Shown here piece by piece: positions 25,060-47,497 of a stretch of DNA of 64,000 nucleotides; positions within the stretch are counted from its first letter, which is position 1, and the number at the start of each line of letters is the position of its first letter. The position numbers were made by a program, and so were the translations under genes. The DNA lies in assembly GCA_001244265.2 (NCBI GenBank), contig CDLV01000007.1, positions 1,984,001 through 2,048,000 on the forward strand. The letters run 5' to 3'. Under the pieces are notes generated by a model. It had not been told where the DNA came from. It did not search any database and worked only from the letters and a program-made list of their open reading frames with translations. Origin of the DNA: Microbotryum violaceum (Eukaryota).

Positions 25060-27126
25060 GTTGCGAAGGGTGAAAAAGTAGAGCGAAGGGCGGGCACGGA
25101 GGTGGCCGCACTGGTAGCTCGGTTGGGCTAATAACCTGTGATGTTGTCACGCCTGCTCAAGCGGTGGTAAGTCTCTGATCGAAGGACCAAGGGAGACCAG
25201 ACCAAGAAGTTGCTTTTTACACACCTGCTCAAGCGGTGGTAAGTCTCTGATTGAAGGACCAAGGGAGACCAGACCAAGAAGTTGCTTTTTACACACCTGC
25301 TCAAGCACTACAGTAAGTTACCACATCTAGAGGGGTGAAAGATGATAGGAAGAGTAGTGCTCACCTGCTCAAGCGGTGGTAAGTCTCTGATCGAAGGACC
25401 AAGGGAGACCAGACCAAGAAGTTGCTTGAGCAGGAGAGAAACCAGAGTGGGGCCATTTGGCTGGGCCCAAGTCAGCCCAGCCAAAGTCAGGCGCACGGAC
25501 CTGGCCCAGGTGCAGAGACCAGGCCCAGAGTGGGAGAGCTAAGGTGGTGAAAAGTAGGCCAAAAGTGATCAAAACGAAGAGAGGAGGATGTTGAGGTAGG
25601 TACAAGATACAAGAAGGACATGAAGGAGATATTTGATCTCACAGCGTCAACAATACTCTATCCCTCGCACGCCTCAACAATACGGTCGGGCGGAGCGGGT
25701 CAATCGTTCCATTGTTGAAGGCATTCTTGCCCTTCTGGCGGACGCCCATCTACCCAAGACATTCTGGGAGGAGGCTGCGGCTTACTTCGTTTACTGCAAG
25801 AACCTGGTTCAACACTCGGCTCTCAACAAGGCAACACCAAACTTGGTCTGGCAGGGCGGACGCACCACAGCCTCCGCGCTTCACCCATTCGGCTGCACAG
25901 CTTGGCTCACGGTCGCGCCCGAACTTCGCTCGAAACTCGACCCCAAGGCGGTTCGCGTTCTCTTCACCGGCTACGACCTGGCTTCCAAAGCCTTCCGTTT
26001 CTACGACACAACGACCAAGAAGATCATTTTGGGCAGAAATGCCAGCTTCCTCGACACTGAATTCCCCGGTTTACTTGGCGACTCCACCGAGGAAGACGCC
26101 GACACGCACTTCGCCAGCGCTCCCATTGCCGAACCTCAAGACACTGTCAAGACATGGACCCCACTAGTAAGGTCGGCGCACATGGACGTCTCATCCCCTC
26201 TTGATGATTCTACCATGAGCGCCGTTGACGTGGCCCCAGGGTACACTGGCGGAACCTTGCTTAATTCTACAGATGCCGAATCGTCCTCATCACCGTCTCC
26301 TGAGCCGCCCTCGTCGCCGTCGCCTGCGCTCTCGACTGCGCCCTCACCGTCATTCCCTGCGTCACCGTCACCCTCGGCCTTGCCAAACGACTCTGAATAC
26401 TCCGCGGATCCTCTCGACCTCATCAGCTCACAGCCCCAGGTTCGCCTCGACCCACCGGGCGTGCATCGCCCCGACTTCGGCAAGTACCGCGAGCCCGCAT
26501 CGGCTGAGGAGTCGCCCGACGAACTCGACCTCATTGGGCGCCACTCTCGTGACGAATCGCCGGACGAAATCGATTTCCTCACCCGACACCACCGCACTTT
26601 CATCGCGACCGACGACGACACCTCTGACACTGAGGCCATCCAGCCAGTCAAGTCCATCACAAGCGACCCACAGACCTGGCGCGAGGCAATGTCGAGCGAC
26701 AAAAGTGAAGTGTGGGCCAGGGCCGCCGATGACGAGTTCAATTCCATGCGCGACGACTTCAAGGTTTTCACCATCGAGGACCGCTCTACGGTACCCACCA
26801 GCGCGACCATCGTCACGTCCAAGTTCGTCTGGAAAACGAAACGGAACGCACTCGGCGAAATCACTGGACACAAGGCACGGTTGGTAGCGCAAGGAAATCG
26901 GCAACGGGACGGCATTGACTTCAACGAAACCTTCGCCCCGGTCGCCCAATTCTCCTCGATACGCTCACTCCTCGCGCTGGCGGCCGCCAACGGCTTGCAC
27001 GTACACCAAGCGGACATCGACAAAGCCTACCTTCACGGCGACCTCGATCACAACATCTGGATGACGGCACCGCGCGGCTTCGACCTTCCAGCGACAAGGT
27101 GCTTCGGCTGCGACGCTCCATCTACG

Positions 27127-32148
<5,022 letters not shown>

Positions 32149-33752
32149 GGATGTATCGCCACCGGTCTTCTCGCTCGTCGCCGCCAGCTTTGCACCAACT
32201 CTTTTGTCGTTGACTCGGGGGCAACCTTGCACATGGTCTCGGACAAGTCGCTGTTCACGACCTATTGCCACATCGCTCCGACAAAGATTGGAGGCATTGC
32301 AGGGGGCATCAACGCCATCTGAACGGGAAACATCGCCTTCGTTGCCGCCTCGGGCCATCCGATCACGCTCACTGGCATGCTGCACACTCCCGGCCTGTTC
32401 GTCAATCTCCTCTCGGTCTCTCGACTTTGCAACACCGACGACGTCCGTGTTGCCTTCACAAAACACGGCATTGACATCAACAAAGACGGCAACAACATCG
32501 CTGAAGGCACGAGGCTCGACGAGGGACTCTACTTGCTCGACGCTGATCATTCCAAATGTCAGCACCTTGCTCTCCTCTCTCGTTCACAGTCTTCCGTGCC
32601 CCTGCTGACTCTCCACCGCTGCCTCGGCCATCTCGCACCGTCGTCCATACAGAAGATGGTTGCCACTGGTTTGCTGGAGGGTCTCGGGGCCGGATATAGT
32701 GACGAAGAGGTAGAGAAGTTTGTCTGCAATGCTTGCCTCAGTGCCAAGGGCCATCGTCTTCCTTTTCCCGATTCGGATTCGCACTCCTCCGAGAGACTCG
32801 GCCTTGTGCACAGTGATGTGCTTTCCCTCCCCGAGCGGTCCTTGACTGGCAAACAGTACCTTGTCACGTTCCTCGACGATTACTCCCGCAAACTCTGGGC
32901 CTACGCAATCGGACACAAAAGCGAAGTGTTCGGCGTGTTCAAGACTTGGCTTGCCGAAGTCGAACTCGAGACGGGTGAAACATTGAAGGTCCTCCGAACC
33001 GACAACGGTGGCGAATACCGTTCGAAAGCGTTCACGGATTTCTGCAAGGCACGCGGCACACGCCGACAATACTCTATCCCTCGAACACCTCAACAGAACG
33101 GTCGTGCAGAGCGGGTCAATCGTTCCATCGTCGAAGGCGTGCTTGCGCTTCTTGCGGACGCACACTTACCCAAGACATTCTGGGAGGAGGCCGCAGCTTA
33201 TTTCGTATACTGCAAGAATATGTGTCAACACTCGGCTCTCGACAAGGCAACACCGAACTCGGTCTGGCAGGGCGGACGCACCACAGCCTCCGCGCTTCAC
33301 CCGTTCGGCTGTGCGGCTTGGCTCATGGTCGCGCCCAAACTTCGCTCTAAACTCGACCCGAAAGCGGTTCGCGTTCTGTTCACCGGCTACGACTTGGCTT
33401 CCAAAGCCTTCCGCTTCTACGACACTACAACAAAGAAGGTCACCCTGGGCAGAAATGCCACCTTCCTCAACACCAAATTCCCCGGTTTATGTGGCAACTC
33501 CGCCGAGCCAGACAATGACACGCACTTTGCCAGCGCTCCCTTCGCCGACCCTCAAACCACCGTCAAGTCATGGACCCCACTAGTAAGGTCGGCGCACATG
33601 GACATCTCATCCCCTCTTGATGATTCTTCCATGAGCGCCGTTGACCTGGCCCCAGGGTACAATGGCGGATCCTTACTTAATTCCACAGATGCCAAATTGC
33701 CCGCGTCACCGTCACCTGCGCCGTCCTCGTCACTGTCTCCTGAGCCGGCCTC
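32149..33752 (+). mobile_element. Internal copia B fragment (PR-IN)
   Basis: VVDSGAT and LRTDNGGEY motifs; in-frame stop near 32320; bounded by LTR ends of other elements. Confidence 0.85.
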
Positions 33753-38849
<5,097 letters not shown>

Positions 38850-41800
38850 TTGTCCGTGAAAATGTGAGCCGCATCGACCGGGCGAACGTGGAGCTCGGAG
38901 AGGAGTTGTGTAAGGTAAATCGCTTCCTTACCAGCATGCAACAAGGCGAGGTATTCGGCATCAGTGGTGGAATCTGCTACCCGAGTCTGACGCTTTGATG
39001 ACCAAGAGACGGCGGAGCCGGCCAAGTAAAAGACGAAGCCCATTGTGGAGATTGATGTGTCAACGCAGGCACCCCAGTTCGCATCGGAATAGCCAACCAC
39101 CCCTGTAATTTTGGCTGGACCGCAGGCGTAGAGTAGCTCATCACGGTACGTAGCGCGAAGGTAGCAAAGGACGTGTTTGACGGCAACCCAATGGCGGCGG
39201 CCGGGTTGTTGGCGAACCGGGACAGGTACGAGACGGCAAAGGCAATATCGGGGCAAGTGCCGAGTGAAATGTATAGGAGGGAGCCGATGGCTTGCAGGTA
39301 CCACGACCGAATGTGTTCCGTTCCCTGACCCGGTACTGCCGTGAGCGAGAGGCCGGGCATCATTGGCACCGTAGCGCCGCGTGTTGTGGTGTTGAAGTGA
39401 AAGCGGGCGAGCACATCTATGATGTAGCGCTCCTGGGATAAAGCAATGGAGCCGTCTTCCAGGCGTCGAATCTGGATGCCGAGGATGTATTCTGCAGGGC
39501 CGAGTTGTTTGACGCCGTATCGCTGTTTGAGGCCGGAGATGACACACTCAATCTCGTCGAGGGTGGGGCTGACAATGAGGAGATTGTCGACATATAATGC
39601 GATATAATGGGGCTGCTTCTGATCATCAATGCGAGAGTAAATGCAGTGATCAGTGCCCGTTGCCGTGTACCCAAGACTCCTGAGTGATGTGTCAATGTGG
39701 CGATTCCAGATGCGACCGGCCTGCTTAAGACCATAGATTGAGCGCCGCAGCCGGAGAACCTGGTCGCTCGGGAAGTCGAAACCTCGTGGCGTCGTCATCC
39801 AGATGTCGTGATCGAGCTCGCCGTGAAGGTAAGCCTTGTCGATGTCAGCCTGATGAACGTGATAGCCGTTGGCAGCAGCAAGGGCGAGGAGGCAGCGAAT
39901 GGAGGAGAAACGGGCAACGGGTGCGAACGTCTCCGAGAAGTCAATGCCGTCGCGCTGGCGGTTACCCTGCGCGACAAGGTGTGCCTTCCGCCCTGTGATA
40001 TCACCCTGTGCATTACGCTTGGTCTTCCAGACGAATTTGGAGGTGACGATGGTGGCGCCCGGTGGTACCGAGGAACGAGGCTCGATGGTGAACACCTTGA
40101 AATCGTCGCGCATGGCGGTGAACTCGTCGGAGGCGGCTTGAGCCCAGAGGTCGTGCTCGTCGCTGGACATCGCTTCACGCCAGGTCTGAGGGTTGCTAGT
40201 GATCGATTTGACCGGCTCAATGGCTTCGAGGGTGGGGTCGTCGTTGTTGGTGGCGATGAAAGTGCGGTGATGACGAGAGAGGAAATCGATCTCATCAGGG
40301 GAGTCGTCGTTGGAGGGCTGCCCGGGCCAACAGCGGGTGTGGGTGTGACCAGGGTGTCGTCGTCAGATCGATGTACGTCCATCAGGCGGAGGCAAACCGC
40401 GGTGTCGGAGTGTAGAAGGTCAAGCGGATCATCCGAGTCGTCGATGGACGGTCCCCCGGCTGAGGACGTGGCGGAGACGAAATCGGGGCGAGCGACGGAG
40501 ACGACGAGGGGCTGGTATCTGTAGAATTAAGCAAGGATCCGCCAGTGTACCCTGAGGCCACGTCAACGGCGCTCATGGCAGAATCATCAAGAGGGGATGA
40601 GACGTCCATGTGCGCCGACCTTACTAGTGGGGTCCTCGTCTTGATGGCGGGGGCGGGCGTGACGGCGGCGTCTGGCGTGTTGGCGGTGTCAGGCGCTGGC
40701 GCGTCGGCAGGAATGACAAACTGGCGTTCGGTGTCGTCCGCAACAACGGGCGTGTTGACTGGTAGGCCGGGGAAGTCGTCGTTGAGGAAGGTGGCATTTC
40801 GGCCAAGCACAACCTTGTTGGTGGAATGGTCGAAGAACCGGAAAGCCTTGGAGGCGAGGTCGTAACCAGTTGAAATCATGCGCGCGGCCTTGGGGTCGAG
40901 CTTGCTGCGAACGTCCGGCGCGACCGTGAGCCAGGCCGCGCAGCCGAACGGGTGAAGGGCGGTGGCCGTGGTGCGTTGGCCGTTCCAAACAAATTGTGGA
41001 GTCTGTTTGGCCAAAGCTGAGTGTGAGCACCTGTTTTTGCAATAAACAAAGTATGCAGCCGCTTCGTCCCAAAAGGTGGCCGGCAGGTGGGAGTCGGCAA
41101 GGAGGGCGAGGACGCCCTCGACGATGGAGAGGTTGAAATGTTTGGCACGACCGTTTTGCTGAGGCGTGTATGGAATAGAGTATTGGCGACGAATGCCCCT
41201 GGACTGGCAGAACTCCGTGAACGCGTTGGATCGGTATTTGCCGCCGTTGTTGGTGCAAAGGATCCGTAAACGCGCGTTCGTTTCTAACTCCACTTCGGCG
41301 AGCCAAGTCTGGAAGGTCGGGAAGACGTCGCTTTTGTGATCGATTGCGTATGCCCAGAGTTTGCGAGAGTGTTTGTCAAGGAAGGTGACAAGATAGCGTT
41401 TCCTGGTCAAGGACGGAGTGGGAAACGACAGGACATCACTGTGCACGAGACCAAGTCTCTCGGGGAATGTGACTCCGAGTCGGGAAAAGGAAGACGATGG
41501 CCTTTGGAACCAAGGCAAGCATTGCAAACAAACTCCTCTACATCTTTGTCACTGTACCCGGCCCCAAACCCGTCCAGCAAACCCGCAGCAATCATCTTCT
41601 GTATAGAGGATGGAGCAAGATGGCCGAGGCAGCGGTGGAGGGTAAGTAGGGGCACGGTAGACTCAGAGCGTGAGAGGAAGGCAAGCTGCTGACATTTGGT
41701 GTGATCCGCGTCCAGGAGGTAGAGACCGTCGTTAACCCGTGTACCGTGAGCGATGGCCTGGCCGTCCTTGGTGATGTCGATGCTGTCGCTGGTGAAGGAA

Positions 41801-43423
41801 AGCCGAACGCGGTCGGTGTCACAAAGGCGAGAGACGGAGAGAAGGTTGACGTGAAGGCCCGGCGCATGCAGAACGCCGCGCAACGTGATCGGGTGTCCGG
41901 TGTTGGCAACAAACGCTACATCCCCCATACCAATGGCCGTGATACCGCCGGCAATGCCGCCAATCTTGGTGTGTGCCGTTGGACGATAAGTCGTGAACAG
42001 GGAGCGGTCGGCGACCATGTGAGTCGTTGCGCCCAAGTCGACTACGAAGGCGTTGGTCGGGAGTTGGCGGCGGGCAAATAGGCAGGAGGCAACATATCCG
42101 ATGTTCGGTCAGTGAGCCGTGGAAGAAGACAAGTCGTCCTGGGTGTCGTCGCTGGTACGTGTCTGTTGGCCCCGGTTCTTGCAGTCGAGGGCCCAGTGAC
42201 CTCGCTTTTGGCAGCGGCGGCAGGGGCCGGTGGGCGGATGCTTTGCACGTGAAGTGCAGTCGCGCAGGCGGTGGCCGGGGCGCGGCAGGTGGGGCAAGAG
42301 GGGGCGTCGGCGAGCATGGCCAAATGCGAGGCCGAGAGGCCGGCGGATCGGAGCTGAACGCGGATACGGTCCGTTAAGGTCGTGAGCTCCGGGAGTTCGC
42401 GCTGGGCGCGCTGCTCGTCCGTGAACGTTAGCCGGAAGCTGTCTAGGCAGGACGGTACCATGGCGAGGATGTGGGTGGCGAGGACGTCGTTCAGCAATGT
42501 CTTGGCGTCGCGAATCTCTTGAGCAATGGCCATGTATTCTCGCAGCCAGGTGTCATAGGCCTCGACCGAGGCGGGCATCTTCCGAAAGTCCCAAAGGCGG
42601 GCGAATAATTTGAGGGTGCGAGTGGCGTCGTTCGGTGCGAAACAAGCTTTGAGTGCGGCGAAGATGCGTGGCGCCGACAGGTCGTCGCTTGGGATGGCGT
42701 CGAGGGTTGCTGAGACGTCGGCGGAGTCGATCGAGCCGACAATAATTTCCCGCGCGGCGTTGTCACGAGCGGCCAGCTGGTCGGCCGTCCACGTTGGGGG
42801 AACGACTCCATCAAGGACGTAACCACGAATCTGATTCGGAAGCGTGAGCCGGAGCTGGCGTAACCAGTTCGTGAACGACTTGGAGCCGTCTAGGCGAGCG
42901 TGCTTGGGAAAGACGACTTTTGATGCGGTGGTGGCGGCGGCGGCGGCGGCAGTGGGCTGCGAGGCAGCGGCGGCAGAGGCGGTGGCGGCAGGGGGCTGCG
43001 AGGCAGCGGCGGCAGGGTGCTGCGAGGCCTGCAGAGCGGCGAGCTGGGCCTGCAGGGTAGCGAGTTGATCGCTGATCGAAGACGCAAGAGGGCTGGGGTC
43101 CCTGGGGGACGAAGGCGTGGTGGGGTCGCTACTGTCCATTGTGCGATGGTGCGATGGACGTGGGCGGCTCGAGTGGCTGGGCTCGAAGAAAAATGCGAGC
43201 AAGCGGCGGGCTGGTAGCTCGTTGGGCTTATAACCTATTCGATCAACTCTACTACGTCAGCGATGTAGTTCTAGCCAAGAGTGATGAATAGGAAGCTAAC
43301 AGTGTGAGAGCCGCGCGCCCCAAGTTTCCCAGGCTCGCTCCGCGCGCCTAAGCCCTGGGCCGGTGTGCCTGGCTCGATCCGCGCGCCTAAGTCCTGAGCC
43401 GAGCGGAGAGTGGATTCCTCACA
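38850..43423 (-). mobile_element. Copia element A2, 3'-truncated in RNase H (5' LTR 43236-43423, short form)
   Basis: PBS GGTTATAAGCCC next to 43235; gag ATG at 43139; PR, IN, RT and partial RNase H ORFs. Confidence 0.9.
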
Positions 43424-45718
43424 AGAAGTGGCCAAGCTGGTTCTCCTGGCACCAATCCGGAACTCTGCCGGATCCTCCGCACCCACATGGTCTCGTTGCT
43501 GGCTGGCTGGTTGGACCTCTCCCTCGAGAAGCTTGCCCTCGACGCTCCGGTGGTCCCTACCAGTCCGGAGGCCGCTGAGGTTTTTAGTGACGCACACACG
43601 GACCAACCTCTCGAGTTCGATTACCAAGTCTTTGAGAGGATTGGTCGCGAGGAATGGAGCGTCATTGCGCAGCGACGCCAAGCCATTGCGACCCAGGCAG
43701 TGTGCTACAACAGCGCCCCACGTACTCGCGACCCGCTGCAGCCTTGGCTGCACCCCACGTTGCGACAGCTGCTACCGGCCATTCCCCGATCACGGGTGGC
43801 CCCCGCCCCGTTGCCCGACTCACCGTCGACGAGCGCGCGTACCTGGACCAGAACCACGGATGCTATCGCTGCCGCACTCTCAACGCCAACCACATCTTGC
43901 GCAACTGCCCCCGCTACTTGTCACCCATGGGAGCGTCCGCCACTCCGTCGACGCCAACGTTGACCGCTCCTGCGCCTCGCCCCGGGCCCCGTATGGTGGC
44001 GGCCATTCGGACCTTCCAAGAAACTGGCGATTCAACCGTGTTCGACGGCCTCAGCAGCGACTCGGAGGACGACAACGATCCTTCGTACACACCGCATCCC
44101 TTTCCCCCTTACCCGTCTCCCTAGCCGGCGCTCATGGTACTCTCCTTGCCTCCGCCCTAGTCAATTTGGGATCGCCTCAAACATTTCTCAGTGAGGAGCT
44201 TGTTCAGCGACTGGGTTTGGAACGGCGCGCCCTGGAACAGCATTCGAAGTACACCCTTGCAATGCAAACCCAAGTCCCCACTGTCTTCACCTGCACGCAC
44301 TTTGTTCGAGTCCCGCTCGAGCTGGCCAATGGGCTCTGGGCCGCAGGACCGACGTACGCCGAGGTAGCGCCCCTTGGGAAGGACCTTGCAATCATCTTGG
44401 GAGGCAACTTCATCTATCGGCACAAGATGGAGGTCGGCCTCTTCCCTCAGCCACACCTCACCTGCAAAGCCAACCCCATACACGCTATAGACCTGCTGGC
44501 GCTGTCGTCCCAGCCGTGCACTGCCGTGCGGGTTGCCGCAATTGCTCCGGTTTCTGACGACGAGGAGCAGCTCCGCCTTGCCGCGCTTGACCATCGCCTT
44601 CGAGCGGAGTTTGCCGACCGTTTTCCTGTGGATATCCCGCCTGTACACTCGTACCAATCCCGGTGCGACACCGTATTGAGCTTGACACTCTGTCCACTGT
44701 TGTCAACCTTCAAGGATACTCCCTCCCGAAGAAGTATCGCGAGGCATGGTACTTACTACTACAGGAACATCTTGCGGCCGGTCGCCTCCGCCCCTCTTGG
44801 TCGGCATACTCGTCACCCTCGTTCATCATCCCAAAGAAGGGCCGACGTGGATCCCACGATCGCCCCGCGCTGGGTGAACGACTACCGCGAGCTCAACAAG
44901 CACACCATCAAAGACCGCACGCCTCTGCCCTTGATGGACAACATTCTCTCAACATGCTCCAATGCGCAATTCTGGGCCAAGATTGACATGACCAACTCCT
45001 TCTTTCAGACCAAGATGGCGGAGGAAGACAGCCATAAGACGGCCGTGTCCACACCTTGGGGTTTGTACGAATGGACCGTCATGCCCATGGGCCTCTGCAA
45101 TGCCCCTGCCACCCACCAACAACGTGTCAACAAGGCGCTCCAAGGCCTGCTTGGCACCATCTGCTTCGTCTACCTCGACGACATCACCATCTTTGCGGAT
45201 ACACTGGAGGAGCACGAGGCCCGTGTTCGCCAAGTCCTGGATGCGCTGCGCCGTGCCAAACTCTATTGCTCGCCAACCAAAACCAACCTTGCCACTGCGG
45301 AGTGCTTGTTCCTTGGCCACATCATCAACCGAGCCGGAGTACATCATTGAAGACATTGTTGACGAGAGGATCCGTGCTGGCAAGCAGCAATACCTCATCT
45401 CGTGGCTCTCATGGCCATCAGACAGCAATTCATGGGAGCCTGCCGAGGCACTGGAGGATACGGAGGCATTGAATAGGTGGGAGCGTCGGAACGAGTAGGA
45501 TTTTTGACCGGAGGAGGGGATTTGTTTCAAGGCGGGGAGAGTGTAAGGCGCGCGCCTTACTACGGGCCACAGGGATTAGAAATAGAGATCGCGCGCACCT
45601 AGCTTCTTCAGTTCCCTCCCCATTGGGCTGACACCAGAAGCTAGTTGCAATCCATATAGCTTGCACCTGTCAGCTAGGTCGCCAGTGAGGCTCGAGAGCA
45701 ATCTCGTGCCTTTCAACA
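43424..45718 (+). mobile_element. Degenerate chromodomain Ty3/gypsy (chromovirus) remnant: gag 3' end, PR, partial RT, chromodomain, PPT and probable 3' LTR
   Basis: CYRC...H...C knuckle; PRWVNDYRELN, MPMGLCNAP and YLDD RT motifs; chromodomain YIIEDIVDER...YLISW...SWEPAEAL (45336-45498); purine tract then TGTAAGG at 45542; LTR end ...CAACA at 45718 is tentative. Confidence 0.85.
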
Positions 45719-47497
45719 TGGCTCGCATCGGAACGCGACCGCGTATGAGTGCTCTTCGATGGCCGCTCTCACTGTCACTGTCACTGTCGCTGTCGCTGAC
45801 GCTGTCATCAGCCAAGGATTGACCGGAATCACCCAAATTGGGCTCGTCAGAGTCGGAGTTGGACAAAAGGGTTTGGGGCACGGGCATGCGCCGCTTTCTC
45901 TTCCGAGTTGGGCGTGGAGACAGTTCATACAGAATTGTACTGGCTTGTGAGGATGCTCAACGGCTTTGGTCGTCCCTCCGACCTGCAAGAGGTGTGAGAG
46001 AACGTACTGGCTTGTGAGGAGGCGCTTCCGGTCATACCCACTCCACTCTCCTACGCTCTCGTTTATGCTTACCGCTGCGTCCGCAATGTCTGTTCTTACA
46101 TACCCTGGGTGTGTCAAACGTGCTCAGAATCGGATCAGTCAAAATCGCAATCCATCACCAAACTTGCCGCTCAACTCTGGAACTTCCTGAGAGACCAGGA
46201 GGACCTCGGATCTGCCCAACTTGGCGAGGACAACAAATAGTTTGTTTGCACGGCTTTTGCAGCGGCAGAGGCAGGAAATAATACGACTTTCACTTCGATA
46301 GTACCGCCCACCATCATCACACGGTCACCATCCGACATTCCTTCCCCAACTCTGATGGAGCAATGCAAAAAGTACATTGCAGAGTTGCGAAACCTGGCGC
46401 AACGCATGTCCAAGCTGTACGATGTGGAAACCCTGGCCTTTATTGTCCCTCGTGATCAAGACAACGTGTCGCCAGCGACGAACGCGACCGTCCATTCGAT
46501 AGGTGGGCTCAGATTTGCAGCTCACTGAAACAACTTCAAGGATCCATCCGGCAATTCCTTGTTGCCTAATTTTGCTTTCAAGATGAGCTGGGATGAGACA
46601 CTCAAGGCCAATGAACCGGCAGATCTGAAAGAGGGAGCCTCTTACTTTGGGCATGGGTGACTATGACTTTCTGCAGTTCGACTGTTGAAACGCAAGCACC
46701 CGTGACGACGTACTTTGTGTCGAGATTACAGTGAGCGTGTGAACTGCGCAGGAAGGAATTGCGACAAAGCAGTACGCTTGCTCTTAGCAACTTAGCAAAG
46801 AGTCCATTAATGTGCCACCAATGTACAATTCATTATATCATACAGAAAAAGACTGTTAGGGGTGATCAACTTCTGTTCCTTGCGTCTGAAAAGTCATCAA
46901 CCAAGTGCCAAGGCAAACACTCAACAGACCTGGTTGAGTGTGAGGCTCGGAGTGGCCATGGCAACACCACAGAAGACCTTTGTACAACATTGGGACTGTG
47001 AGCCAGATCAGGACTTTGTTCAAGTATACATCAAAATGTAGTCGGCAGTGTTGGGATATAATAAGTACTTTTGCAATCCCTGCTGACTGTTGGGGAACTG
47101 TCACCCAAGGCATGACACGGACTGCGCATGTGACTGACTGGCAGGGAGCGCGGTAAGTTCTACCTGTAGGAGATCTCAGTGCAGCCAGCGCAGCAAAGGT
47201 GCAATGGACGCTTGTGTTCACTCCCTCAGTGTAGCGCGCTCCTCCTCTAAACCTTACCGGTCGTGTTGGGCTTCCGGCTACCAGCTTTACTCGAGCGAAA
47301 TTGAACTTTTCAAGCGAGCCACCGCAAGATCGAGCGATTTAGCGAGGCCGGGTCTTGGATGTCTGATTGCTCTTGTTGCACTTCCTGGCAAAGTGTCGTA
47401 TAACGTGTAGAACTACTAGCGAAATGAACGCTTCATTGATCTCTTGACTATTTCAAGTAGCAACTGGGCAAAAGACTGCAACTATATATGATCAATC

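Noticed and set aside
26190..26215. TTGATGA as a hammerhead core or C/D snoRNA box C
   Set aside because: No correctly placed GAAA or terminal CTGA
43205..43235. tRNA-Met gene
   Set aside because: Only the D-arm/anticodon-arm complement is present; it is the PBS and has no T-arm or acceptor stem
44090..44124. CCCTTTC as the gypsy -1 slippery site
   Set aside because: Pol is in the -1 frame, but the heptamer is not phased as X XXY YYZ in the gag frame
45765..45808. (CACTGT/CGCTGT)n hexamer run as a gene feature
   Set aside because: Simple microsatellite; the surrounding ORFs have no supportable identity
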